From contig DF237209.1 of assembly GCA_000708835.1 (NCBI GenBank), forward strand, positions 56,268-120,267: a stretch of 64,000 nt of DNA. The letters are read 5' to 3'. Below the pieces are notes generated by a model. It did no database searches and was not told the DNA's origin. It worked only from the letters and a program-made list of their open reading frames with translations. Below, piece by piece: positions 25,101-37,300 of the stretch (the first letter of the stretch is position 1; each line of letters starts with the position of its first letter). The position numbers and the translations under genes are program-made. This DNA comes from Klebsormidium nitens (Eukaryota; Plantae; Klebsormidiophyceae).

Positions 25101-28100
25101 TTCCTTTAAAACCTGACCCTATTTCTGATAAGCACAGTTTTTAAACCTTACCACTCGACTCGTTATCTCTGGCGACTCTCGTCAACGCAGCCCACGTTCG
25201 ACGGTTTTTTGTTAGCTTCGGAAGGTGCGCTTTATCTGTCCGCCATCCTGAGGCAATCGACTGACGCCCCGAAGTGGTCGGAATACTACAGGATTAGTCT
25301 TCTACACTATCAGCGGCTGCCACTGACCGCTTTCATCGGTTTTGTGGGGGCATCTTGTGTTACCAAAGACATTTTTGTCACTGTCCGCACAGAAACAGCC
25401 CTCCAGTGAAATTGTCGGTTCTGACGTGAGGGTTTTTGGCTTTGCTCAGGCGATCAGCAACCTCCGTCCAACCGTTTCCATCCGCTTGAGCGAGAACGAT
25501 CTCGTGCGGTCTGGGGAGGATGACCGGAGAAGAGGAAGCCAGCTAGCTGCAGTGCCGCTGCACTATGTTATCGTCCCTTTAGGTAGACGAGAGTCGATTC
25601 AGGTTTCAGTTCAACGGGGGAGGGAGTGTATACCTTTCCAGTGGTGGGCAGAAGCACATTTGCTTGGTAAGATGTTTCCTGGTGCTAGTTGCAAGGTTGA
25701 AAAGAGTCGTTCAGGCCGTTTAGTACAGTTGTATGCTTGCGTTGAATGTCTCGGCTTACTACCAGACGCAGCTTCCGGTGCCCTTGAAGATGAACTCGTC
25801 TTCGTGACCGTGCTGGTCACTCTTTGCTTTGTGTGCTCTGAAGCCACGATTGCTGAGCGGTCCAACTTTAAGGAAGCGAAAGCAGCGTCTCGATTCCCGC
25901 TCTCCTATATTGCGAGGACAGGAGATTGTGTGTCGGGCGGACCACTGAGTGCGTCAACTTACGGTTTCGTTCGAGTTTAGCAGACCAATATATAAATCCA
26001 TAAGGCTGTTCTTCCTCCGTTTGGTCGGATAGGAAGATGAGTCGGCGAAACTCAACTTGGCGGTAAGGAGGTTCTGCTGTTTGGCCCAGTTCTGGGTCGG
26101 GGTCCAAAGTCATCCTAAGGTTTTGCCGTTCTCTCTTTTGCGCACATTTATCAGTTATTTCTGGCCTATATAGGCCCTCTTTAGCGTCAAAAAGAAGCTG
26201 TTGCGTGTACTTTACAACTTTTACAGGAGTACTCGCCGTGCATACGAAACGATGATAGTATATGCGATCTGATCCGCGTCAACGACCAGGATTTGGCAGT
26301 GAGGAGGCTTCTTATGGGCTGTTGGAAGCAGCTCACTTGCATGTCACCCTGGCCCCCGGCCGGATGCCATCGTTCAACTGGCGCGTTCTGCTGGCACTAT
26401 TCTCGGCTCAGACTTAACGATCAGGCCGCAAAGACTGAAGAGTCTAGCCCTTTGTGGACGAAGTTCGTTACGTGAAACCTTTATGTTCTGGTCGTTTATG
26501 TTCTTGATAAGGCTGGTGGCTCCTAAGGATTTGCGGTTGGTCCTGATCTCTATCTCTTACCGTGGCTGCAAGACCGGAGCGTACGTCCGGGTCTGAATGC
26601 CTTAGTAGCAACAGAAAGCGCAAGGACCGCTTTGCTCGGAAAATAATATCTTATCCAGCGCCGCCCAATTACAGCCCCGCGCGAATCGCTCCTATAACGT
26701 TGTGGCGATGAGGAATGTTCCTGGGCTCAGGTCTGGCCCAAACGTAGCCGTGGATTCTTTCATCCTGACGCCACCTAAGCATTTATGATTTTGTTTCAAA
26801 TGAAATTTGGGGGCCAGCTACGCTCGGGCTGGGCACGACATCGTCCTGCCAACAATGTTCTCTCGTTGGGTTCAAAGTTTCTTTGACAAAACCGTGTTGG
26901 TGTCACATGTTTTCCGGGTTGAGGACACGACAAGTTCTGGCTTCTGAGTGCTTAGCTTGGTGACGAAAAGGATGTAGATGATCGCACCAGCACTAAAGGC
27001 GATCCAAGTCGTTCCTCACCACATCTTCGAAGCCAGTTGATGCATTATGCAATCATCGCTCTTTATTGGTGCGTTTCGCTAGAGCGCACGTCATCTGCTT
27101 GAAGGTTCATGTGGCGGCTTTGAATCGTGCAGCTTTTTCGGTGGGCTTGAGTCGAAGGAAACAACCGTCAAGTTATCGTCAAGCGCCTGTTCTGTAAAAT
27201 TTCCAACCTTGCTTGGTAATGAGGCACTCTAGCGTGGCTGATTCAGGCAATCCGGTCCTACTGATTTGATGCCATCCACGAAGATGTCTTTGCCTTGGCG
27301 TCTTACATATTCCCTGACATACGTCCACAATTTATGCAGCCTTTGTGCACCCTTATGTAAAGGTCACGCCGTTGTATGTTCTTTCTGGAAGTATCCGAAA
27401 GTCCTATGATTACTTGTACTGCCTCCGGTCGCAATAGGCCCAGAGCTGCCTGTTTAAGTTACTATCCGGCAGTACTTCTTCTAATTGATCGCTGACTGCT
27501 TTTCCGTTTCGTCCTGATTGCAACTAGGTAGAGATGGGCCTCCTTGTACAAAAGAGCCTCAGGCAGCTTCCTGCTGAGAGAAAGCTCTGAGTGCGCTGTA
27601 CTGCGATAGGACTCGCAAGAGACACTATCTATGACTTTGCTGCCGAAGCTGCGTTTCGGCGCGCATCCGAGTCGCCTCGCATCGCCACTCTGTTGGGACT
27701 GCGTTCCCCGTTTTGGAGACTCTCTTCGTTCCTGCTAAGGTCGGTAAACTTGTCCAGCCTTTTTCTCGTTTGAAGCAGGACCTGATGCCCGACACAGACC
27801 GAGATGTTGGTCTTCTCTCAGCATCTTTGCGATCAATGAAGTCAAGATCGTTGCAATGACCGGATTCACAGTGGGCTCGTTGCTCATCGCGTTCATTGTC
27901 TCACTGAGAATGACGTCGCGTCTGCTTCAAAGTACTCGATGACGTGAAGACCAGCCTTGGGCCGCTCCTGTTGCCTGCCGCATTAAGTTCAATTTCTACT
28001 AAGTCATATCGGTTCTGCAAAACGGAAAATCGCAACGGGTCCGCATTCGCTCAAGTATGAGGATTCGGCGGTGGCGAATTGCTTGACGTGGTCGAACATG

Positions 28101-29330
28101 GTGTGGAGATTAGGGCTTTTGTGTTAAAAACGTCCTGGTTTCCAACTTTTCAACTTGCTAGCTTTTCTTGCTAGCTTGGTGCAGGAGGTCTTACTGGGCT
28201 TTGGAAATCTGCATGTCTTAGATACGGGACCAGCTTCCCCAAGCGTCCGTCGGTTACAACAAAATGCTATTGGTGGGGAGGGGCCCTAGCAGCTGTTTGG
28301 CTGGTTGCGTATCCACGCTTTTCTGGTCGCGCCCATCATAACAAGACTGAATTCGCTCATTCGAATGATCTCTGACGAGACGTGGGAAAATCTACGGATC
28401 GGCCGCTTTTTCTTCTCGCTAACCATGCACGTTACGCGCACCTACAGAGATGGTCATGAATTGCCTTTTCGACTTGTCTGCAAGATTAATTGTAGTCGAC
28501 AAAACGGCCGAACGCTTCATGCGGCTTGCTTGCTTCCAGATCAGCCGTTCGATCGAGAGGCTGTCTTTATACCAGTTGATGCAGTGTCCAGGTCCCTCAA
28601 AACGCTTGCACTTTAATCTACAAGTACAAGAAAGGAGACAGGTGCTGAGATAGGGTTGAACGGAACCCAGTGGCAATGACCGATTGAACCGTCTCTTTGG
28701 GCCATCTCGTCTTGGCTCACTGGCTGCTGATGAAATAGTCGGATGTCACAGGTTTCCATTGAAGTGCCGTTCGGATTCAGCAGTCTGTCGCTTTCAATGT
28801 AAAGCCGCCGTTTCCTCCATGCAAAGACTGTCTATGTGGCTACTGGCCTTTGGGCGAGTGCTCATGGCTCAGTATCGTAACTTCCTTTTTCACGAAGTAA
28901 TTTTACTCTTCCCGCCTTCTTTCCCGCGAGCTTTTCTTAAGCAGGCCTTGAACACGGTTCTACTTTCACGTCCTGTCCATATCGACACTAGGGCTCTTTT
29001 CTAGTTTGCCATTGATTGAAAGATTGTGAGACCAACATTGCTCAATTGAGGTTTTTGGGCAGTGAAGAACTTCCGCCGTGAGCTCGTTGCTCACCCACGC
29101 TAGGACACTATTTCCGACGCTCTCCAACGCCGCTTGCGCCGCTTCCTCAAACCTGCTCACATGTTTTAGCGCACGAACCTCAACCCTCTCTTGTTCTCTG
29201 CCGCCATTCGTACGCTATTTTAAGCATTATCATCAGAAATTCTGTCGGCTGGGCTTCGTCCCGAGCCAAGAAGTATGGAGTGATTGATGCCGCCGACCAT
29301 AGACCATCCAAATTTATGCTCGGTACTCGT
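16200..29330 (-). pseudogene. Decayed multi-copy array of an unidentified coding unit (gene family or TE relic)
   Basis: Homologous blocks seen by eye: 16411-16770 ~ 19771-20115 ~ 27470-27805; 18570-19600 ~ 26295-27300; 21540-22400 ~ 28300-29190; 17810-17850 ~ 22777-22815. Minus-strand peptides are conserved between copies but interrupted by many stops and frameshifts. Confidence 0.7.
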
Positions 29331-30713
29331 CATTGTGACTTGGGATCCTTGCCGGCTCCACTTTCAAACGCCAGCATGTGGAAGGCTTATCTCATCCACT
29401 TCGCTTCGTGACTTTCTCTAAAATGAAGCAGCTGCCCAACAACTCTCTTTTGCTTCATTATTCTAAATACCCACCGGCGGATCCCACACCGGATGATGCA
29501 TATCAAAAAAAATGTTAGAAAGTTCACCGCCGCAAGAATCGCTGTCACGGGCCGTTTCGATGTCTTCCGTGAGGCCCGGGCGCTCAACGGTAGAACGGCC
29601 ACCTTAAGCAGCTGCAACGCTTTCGGACTCAGGTGCGAGCTTGCGCGGTCTCACGGACAAGCGCTGCCGACTCGAGCGCACCAGGTTTGCCCTACGCTCG
29701 AATGGGCACCGATTGCGCTCGCACGCGCGCCACTTTGCTAGGCTGGACGGACGGCTAAACACTCAGGCACAGGAAAAGGGGCGCTCGCTCGTGCACTTGG
29801 CTTCTGAAGGTCCGGCCGCGCAAGTGCGGGTTGCTCGGAAGCAAGAAAGTGCGGACCCTTGTCGAGCAGGCGTTGTTCCGGCACAGAAAGTGGCAGGCTG
29901 TGGCGATTCTGCGAGACGGGCGGGCAGGTTTTGAAGGGGCGCGGCAAGGGGGCGCGGCGAGGGGATCGAACGCGCGCTCGCGCGCCGCGGAGTGCACATC
30001 TCACGCTGCACGTTGAGGATTCCGAAGGGGATACGCGGAGGAGCACGCGCGGTGGAGCGGGCTTGTGGGGGCGCATGCAGCGCGTGGTGCTTGCTGAATC
30101 CGGTGTGGATTGAGCATCTCACACGGGGTTTGAGGATTCCTGAGGAGATGATGGTCACGAGAGCACGCGTGGTGAGCTCCTGGAGGACGTACGCGCTCGC
30201 GCGGCCCGCGCGCTCAACCTGGCAGAGGGCCCGTGATTGGCGAGAGAAGTGGCGAACAGCGGAAGGTGATGCGCGCTGACTGCGTTTGTGAAACTGAGGT
30301 GGAAGTCAAGTTGGACGTCCAAGTATTTAAGCTTTGATAAAGTGCTAGCAGAGTGTCTGTATACCCTTCAATTGGCTGTCGTCATCAACATGCTGATCCT
30401 ATGCCTAGATATCAGCGACGATGTTTGAGAGCGAATTGTTCAAGGCACAACCGCCGCGCTTTTTTTCAGCACGGGCGGCCTATCACAAAGTGGGCTAGCG
30501 CCTCTGAGCTATCATACGTGCAAGAGTGCAGTATGCATGTTCATGTTGAACCGTCACGATGTCGTCTCCCACGAAAAAACTGTATGAGTCCGTTTGCATG
30601 TGGACCAGCCGCTGGTACGCGGCGTACTGGCATCACGTACGTACGGTCTTCGAACGACTGCTTGGCGCTCGCTGCGCGTTCCCAACAGGCGGCCGCCCAA
30701 AGGATTCGCTCAT

Positions 30714-30886
30714 AAAGGCTGGCTGGCGGGCTCGCGGCGGCCTTTTATGCATCTCGTATAAGCTCGTGGCAGACCGCAACAAAAGCTCATGTCAAGGGAT
30801 CATATGCTGCGGGCGCGATATCGCGCCCGCATCATCGACAACAAACATAAAAAAGCGCCGCCGCGAGCCCGCTGCAGCCAGCCTTT
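30714..30886. repeat. Foldback (MITE-like) element with ~36-bp imperfect inverted arms and an internal 24-bp perfect palindrome
   Basis: Left arm AAAGGCTGGCTGGCGGGCTCGCGGCGGCCTTTTATG (30714-30749) pairs with CATAAAAAAGCGCCGCCGCGAGCCCGCTGCAGCCAGCCTTT (30846-30886). TGCGGGCGCGAT|ATCGCGCCCGCA lies at 30808-30831. No TSD is evident. Confidence 0.75.
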
Positions 30887-31544
30887 CACTGTTAGCGGCA
30901 TCGATCTGTCATGTGATCACGCGTTCTTGAGCAGCACATAAAACTTATGAAGCATAGATTATAGCCAGTCCGCCATGCCAGCATTCTGACAAAAGTAATC
31001 AAAACAAATATGTCCATGCCATGATCTGTGCATCGTAATTGTGTGAAATTACTGCGAAACTTGTTCACGGACGACGGTTCTGCATTGCATCCTCATGCTC
31101 AGACGGTCGGATCCGGATGCGAAGCGTGGCCACATGCATGCATATAAAGTAGGCGAAGCCCTCGGAATTGAAATTGTTATGCAAAAGTCCGAGTCCTGTC
31201 TGAACGACTTCAACTTAACGGTGGACACCGTGACTCGGGCCTAGTCCGGGTCGAAACGACTGAATTAACGGCATGGATGGTACTCGAGGGCCTGGGTTGA
31301 TACAGCTCAATCAGAATGAGGTCAGACGGTCAAGACCCGTCGCGGGCAATGAACAATTTGTATCTATGTGAAGTTCAGCAACACTGGAGCCGGGGCGAGG
31401 CCCCCTCCGGCTGATCCATTTGTTTGTACGCCGTTACAAGTGATTCAATCTCAACAAATGCTTTCCTGTACAACAAAGGACACTAGACCGGCTCACTAAA
31501 CGACGTCTCTTTAAACGACATCCCCTCGGCGCAACCAAGAAGAA

Positions 31545-33782
31545 CTACTTTGGCCAGCTGCCGATCTCAATACCGTTTCCTGCAGATCGGAGAGAAATAA
31601 CATATTAGCTAGTTGTCAAAACTGCAATCTAGTGCCAGGCAGCTCACACTAAATGTGGTGAAACGGACAGTTGAGACTGTGGGGGAATACAGAGACGTGG
31701 ACCCATGAAGATGCAATCTTTCTAAGATTGACCATCTTTCACGGCTGGTTATCTTGTTGACCGCAAAGATGGCCCTATCAAAATAGCCAGCCGACTTCCT
31801 TTTCGCCACATCACTGAGTAGACGCAACTCTATTTCCTTCAGAGTCCAAACTGCCATACCCAAAGCCATACTCAAAGCGAACGCCAAGGTCTATGCCCGA
31901 CAGCAGAACCACGAGTGGCGCTCGGTAAAGAGCTTCCAGAACATGCGCCGACCGAATGCCGCACCCTCTTCGCCCACGTCTTTACATAGGAGGCCAGATA
32001 CTCAAGCATCCAACAACTGCACTTGTCGCAGATCAGGCTATGCAAGTGACAGCCAATAGCGGTTTCCAGAACGTACCGTCAGGGTCGAAGAAGAATGCCT
32101 GCTTGATCGTGTGCCCCTGCTGATCCTTTTCGAAGACGTCGAAGCCCTTTTCCTGCAACCGAACCCGCTTTGGCAGCGTCAGAGAAGATTACCTGGCTCG
32201 TTAGTCAGTCGCATTCCCTGCCCACCTCGCAAAAACGCTTGTTTCAAGTCGAAGAAACTTATATAATGAGCCCGTTGATTCATCCAGCTCGGGACAGAAA
32301 ACGACAGGTGCTGTGGCACTTCGTCACCGAGCAACAAACGTCGTATCAACAGCTCCACCGCGCTCCGCAGATGTCAACGAGGGCAGTAGTAGGTCGATTA
32401 AGAAACAGCTTGCCTTGAGCGACTTGACGGCCGCGTCGTAGTCAGACACCCGGAATGAGAGGTGGTGGCCCCGTGGAAGGGCGCTCGGATCCTTCCTGCA
32501 GGGATGGAAACGAATTGAGAAACAATTGATTGTAATGAGGGTCAAAGTGCAACTCCGTCACATTTACAACCCGGTTCTCGACCCATCCACCAACTGAGGT
32601 AGCAGACAACTGAGGTGTTCGAGAATCCTCTCTGATCAGCAGGGCGCAAATGAAGAAAGACTCATCTCATATAGATCCTCCAGGAGGGAGTATCCCTTCA
32701 GAGAAGAATCGTAGATGCTTACGGCACCGAAGACACAAGTCCACTGCGGAACGAATGTTTGATTGGTCAACTTAGACCCTCGAGTGTCCCCAAATATCGA
32801 GCGCAATGGGCTTGAATCTCAAAGTTGGTCCTTTGCTGACCTTTCAGCCCAAACAGAAGGAGGACGTTGCGATGGGCCCCTTGCAGAGTTGACAAGATGC
32901 TGTCCGCATTTTGGATTGCATCGCGATTCGGTCAGTTCCGGAGTAAGCCTGTGCATCAATTGATTCTCACCGCGAGTCGGGGCCTGCGTTCAAGGGAGAC
33001 TCGGGCAGCTTGGAGTCGGGGTTGCGCTGAATGATGTGTATCTGCTGGCTGGGGGGGAACTCCAACCACGCGACTTGAAAAGGGCCAAAGGTGGGCGTAT
33101 CCATCCTCTTGAACCCAAGGATCTGCGAACAAGAAGGACAGAGCTCCTCCGGAATGTGAGGTCTTATACTTGAGCTCCAACTTGAAAAGCAAAGCTCGGT
33201 TCTGCTTCTCAGCTCTGACGGCCAGTGGTTTCACTGCCAAAAGGCTTTTGCCAAGCGAACTACCAAGTGCTGCGCCGATACAGTATTTGCCGAAAGGATT
33301 TCCACAGAGGTGAGCTGTTCTGTGTAAGCTAAACTGAACAAGGAAGACTCCAAACTTTGCACGCATAGAAGCCAGCTTCTCTGTTCGTTTCAGCAGCACC
33401 GAAGCCACCGAATTAAGACTACACCCAATCACAACTTGTAATCAAGAGGCGCAGCTGAAGCTTAGATGAAAGCAGCTGCCCCTCCCTCGAGATGACTCTG
33501 AGCAACATACGATCAGAACCTGCCAGCATATCTCCAGACTGATCCTGATAACTATTACATGCTCGGTTGCGCGTGTCCTAACGGTGATTTGTCCCTAGTT
33601 TCTCCTTGCCTATGACTGGGCCGAATGCAATCAACAGGTCTGCATGCAGGCAATATCAGACTGACAACCTAGAAGCTGGAGAGATGACCACCCACCTCAG
33701 TGTAAAACGCAACCAGTCTGTCGACGTTGTCAGTCTCCCTCGCAATGTGCACCAGCTCCACCCCGGGAATTGGACCACCCAT
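31545..33782 (-). CDS. VOC / glyoxalase-bleomycin resistance family protein
   Basis: Exons 33782-33696, 33122-32971, 32495-32414, 32152-32077 and 31579-31545 give MGGPIPGVELVHIARETDNVDRLVAFYTEILGFKRMDTPTFGPFQVAWLEFPPSQQIHIIQ..LPRGHHLSFRVSDYDAAVKSLKEKGFDVFEKDQQGHTIKQAFFFDPDGNGIEIGSWPK*. The H..H..H..E metal ligands and the FxDPDGNxIE motif are present. One intron is GC-AG. Confidence 0.9.
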
Positions 33783-34315
33783 CGCTGCGTAGAAAAACGC
33801 CTTGCACCTTTGGCTGGCTTGTTGGAGATATTTCTTAGGTGCCAGATGAGAAAATGCAATGTACCGCAGGCCCGCTCAAAAGCCAAGATGCGCCAAAACT
33901 TGCGCCTGAGCTGGGTATGAACGGGTTTGAAGGCAAATTAAAAGAAAAGTGGCACCAGTTACGAGGGCGAATCGGTGGCTGACACGTGGCAGGCCGGAGG
34001 TTAGGAGGTTAGAAGAAAGCGGTTGATCTTGACCGTCAGTAGATTCTGAGGTGATCGCTCACCGTTGGATAAGCATGCCCTGTTCCCATCGCCGGCATGA
34101 TGCATCATTGACTGCATTCCTCGGCCAACTCTGCTCTCGTTTCAGGGGGACGTCTGTTCTTCCGCACACCTCAGACAAATCAGGTACCCGCAATGGCATT
34201 GCCCTCAGGACTGTGATTGTTGATCCGCAGCCACTTTTGAGGCCTTCAGGCGGAGTGCTGCGGGACATCAGAGACAGCGTGCTTCAGGCGCTTGGGATTG
34301 TTGGGGAGCAAACCA

Positions 34316-37300
34316 ATGGCGGCTTCCATGAGCAGGTTCGCTCCTTTGAGCGGTGCCACACAGATCCGCAGCATTGTCTCTGAACCTCAAGCAAGATCAA
34401 AATGCACGTCAAGCTTCTTACAAATTGACGGTGTTTGCAATCTGCCAGCATTGCAAGCGTCCCACTCCCCAGGACAGCGTCACAAACGATCGGCGCTAAG
34501 AGCGAAGTCACAAGCGGGGCCACGAGCCGATTGGAGAGCAGAAACCAAACGCAGAAGCCACATCTGTCACCAATGTCACCAGTCATGCGCCCAGAGTAAG
34601 TTGTGGAGTACTCTTTCAAGTAGAAAGATTGCCGTTGATGAATCAGTCCTGCAAACAAAAAGCGGGCTTACTGAATGTCTTACTTTGACGTCAAGGGTGT
34701 GATGTTTCTGGCGCCTCCTTGCATCTTGTAAGGCTGAACACTTCTTTAGCATGAGAGGCAGATGGTACAATTGCTGGACCTGCCTCTTTCAGACACCCAC
34801 CTGGTCTTGAACACGTTAATTAGTGAGCAAATCCGTTGACTGCACAACAGCTTGATCTGCTCACTCCACCACCCCTTTGATCTTTAGTCATCTGATTCTC
34901 TCTTGTCTGAATCCTCAAAAGTTCTCTGCGAAGATACAGCAAAGACATTTTGGAGGGCTTCTTATACCTCAAGGGCTTCTTATAGGAGCAATCCTTCCAC
35001 GCCACCTTCACAACTTTTCACAGGCTTATGTGTGATAACGGAGCCCAACATTGCACCGCAGCTCAGTTTGGAACCGCCAGAGGCTATCGAAGATCCGCCG
35101 CTTTCACGACCAGGGCCAGTGCAGACGGGGCTGAAGGAGGGCCGACGTGGGATCCACCTGGTGGCAAAAGGTACCACTCTGTGCCCTTGACAGCTTGAGT
35201 GTTGGCAGGACAGATCTCGCCAGTGCCCCCGGGGACTCATGCCTCAGAGACACCTTAATGATGAGCTGGACAAGTTTGGAGAGATCACCACGTTGCCGTC
35301 ATGGTTCTGGAATGGCTCACCAGGAGGAAGGGTTTTCGGATGTTCCCCAGGGTATGCTTCACAGTTTCGTCTGGCGAGAGTTATTAAAGGGCAACATGAT
35401 CCAACTTTCTTACTGTCCGAAGCAGTACTGCTCAGTTGGACCATAAGCCACGATTGTAAGCTTGATGCCTTACGTTTCCCTGAGATACACACCAAAAGCT
35501 TATCCTAATCAACGTTAAAAGAACGTCGGATGTTAGCCCTTTCTTTGAGTCTGCAGGAAGGTGGTCGAGCATGTGACGCTGTACCAGATGCGGGGGGACC
35601 TGACAGAGGAGGCGGAGAAGGAGATGCTGGACCACCTCTGGTCGCTGCAGTACAAGTTTCGGGAAATGCTGGCGACCTCTGTAGGTAAGCCAAGCTTATA
35701 TGACAAGGAACAACTTTTATTGGCTAGCCCAAAGGTTTGAGCGCACGTTGCTGGGAGCATTTGCTACAGGCACTTGAGACTGGCTGGGTAGGGAGCTTAG
35801 GGCAGTGTTAAAAGAGTAATGCTTCGTTTACTTTGAGTTTCTGTGCCATCCAGAGTGCACATTCACGTTCTTACAGACTGCAAAGCTCGAAGCCAGCATC
35901 TGCCAACTTCCAAGCAGGAGACCCTATGCCAAGTTCCCAGTGAGAGACCCTGAAGGGCAGATCGACATCCAAGGACAAGTTAGGTGCAGCTTCTCAATCA
36001 AGAGGTATACTGAAAACGTCGGAGCTACCTATTGTGCTCGAGACTTGCTTTTCTGTCCTGCCTGTTTGAGAGATTCTGCGGGTTGCTGTGTTGGCCAGAG
36101 CCCACCACAGTGTCTCCGCAGACTGGCCTCTTATCCGCCTAAACTTTCTTTTCGGCCCCATGCTTGACGCCGGGGTCTGAGCTGATTGGTTGCTTCTCGT
36201 CCTAAATCCAGGCCGTATCTACTCAAAGCGGTCGGGTGGCTTCACCCACGCGCTCTATGCGCGCTTTCCAAATATGGAGTCCGCTGAGAATTATGAGTAC
36301 AGCCCTGCCAGCCTAGCCGTGTTGCAAAGTTACGTACAGCCCTTGTGCGAGGTAGGTGACGTCATGCCTCATGTCGTCATCACTGATGCTGTTAATTGCT
36401 CCCATGTTGGCTCCGTCGCTGTACCTTGTTTGTGTGATATTTGTTGATTGGTGTCGTTGTTTCCTTTCGATAGGTGATTTGACAGGTGATCCAGGACGTG
36501 GGTGCAGCTTATGTCCGAAAAAGCGTTTGCGAAGCCTATTCTGGGCATCGTGAGAAGGTTACGAGCTTGTCTGTTCTATCTCACCGCTTTTACATCAGTT
36601 GATAAAATAATGGGATTGGGCTGCAACAAAAGATTGGGCGCAGGAAGCTTCATATGGAATTGCGTATTCAGAATCTCTCTTCTGGTCTCCCTAGCTCCGC
36701 CATATGTAACCTTCTTCCAGATACTAGGCACGTGCCGCAGCCCGCCACTATGTCCTTTTCTCGAGGCTCATCATCAGTCTCAACCCGTCTAAATCATTAC
36801 ACTCTCCCTAACAGGATTCTTTGTCCGTGAGCTTCGAAGCGAACGTGGAGAACGACGTGGAAGCTATTTTCCGACGAGGCGACGTAAGTTCCTTCATTCT
36901 GTCATGTCCGTTCGAGTAAGAACCAAGGGAAAGGCGATCTGTGACCTACCTCCATAGGCGAAGGGGTCCAGAAGAGCACGGAGTAAGTCAAAGGTTCTCG
37001 GGCCAGCTTTGCTCGTCAGGGAGAGGGGCCATAGGGAAGTCGGATGTTTTCGACCAGGATTCCGGGGCTATTTCGAGACACCTCTTAAAGCCTTCTCGTT
37101 GTTCAACCAAAAGCATCAAACATCTTCCGACGTATGGATCTGAGCGAACCAAAGATTATGGCTGCCCCGTAATCACGGCACGTGGCCCTAACGAGCAAGC
37201 CCGACATTAACACACCTGCTCACCTAATGCCAGAAGGGCACCCCTCACTCGACGCCCAGGCGAACACCAACGCATTGTTCAGTCACCAGATCCTCCTCCT

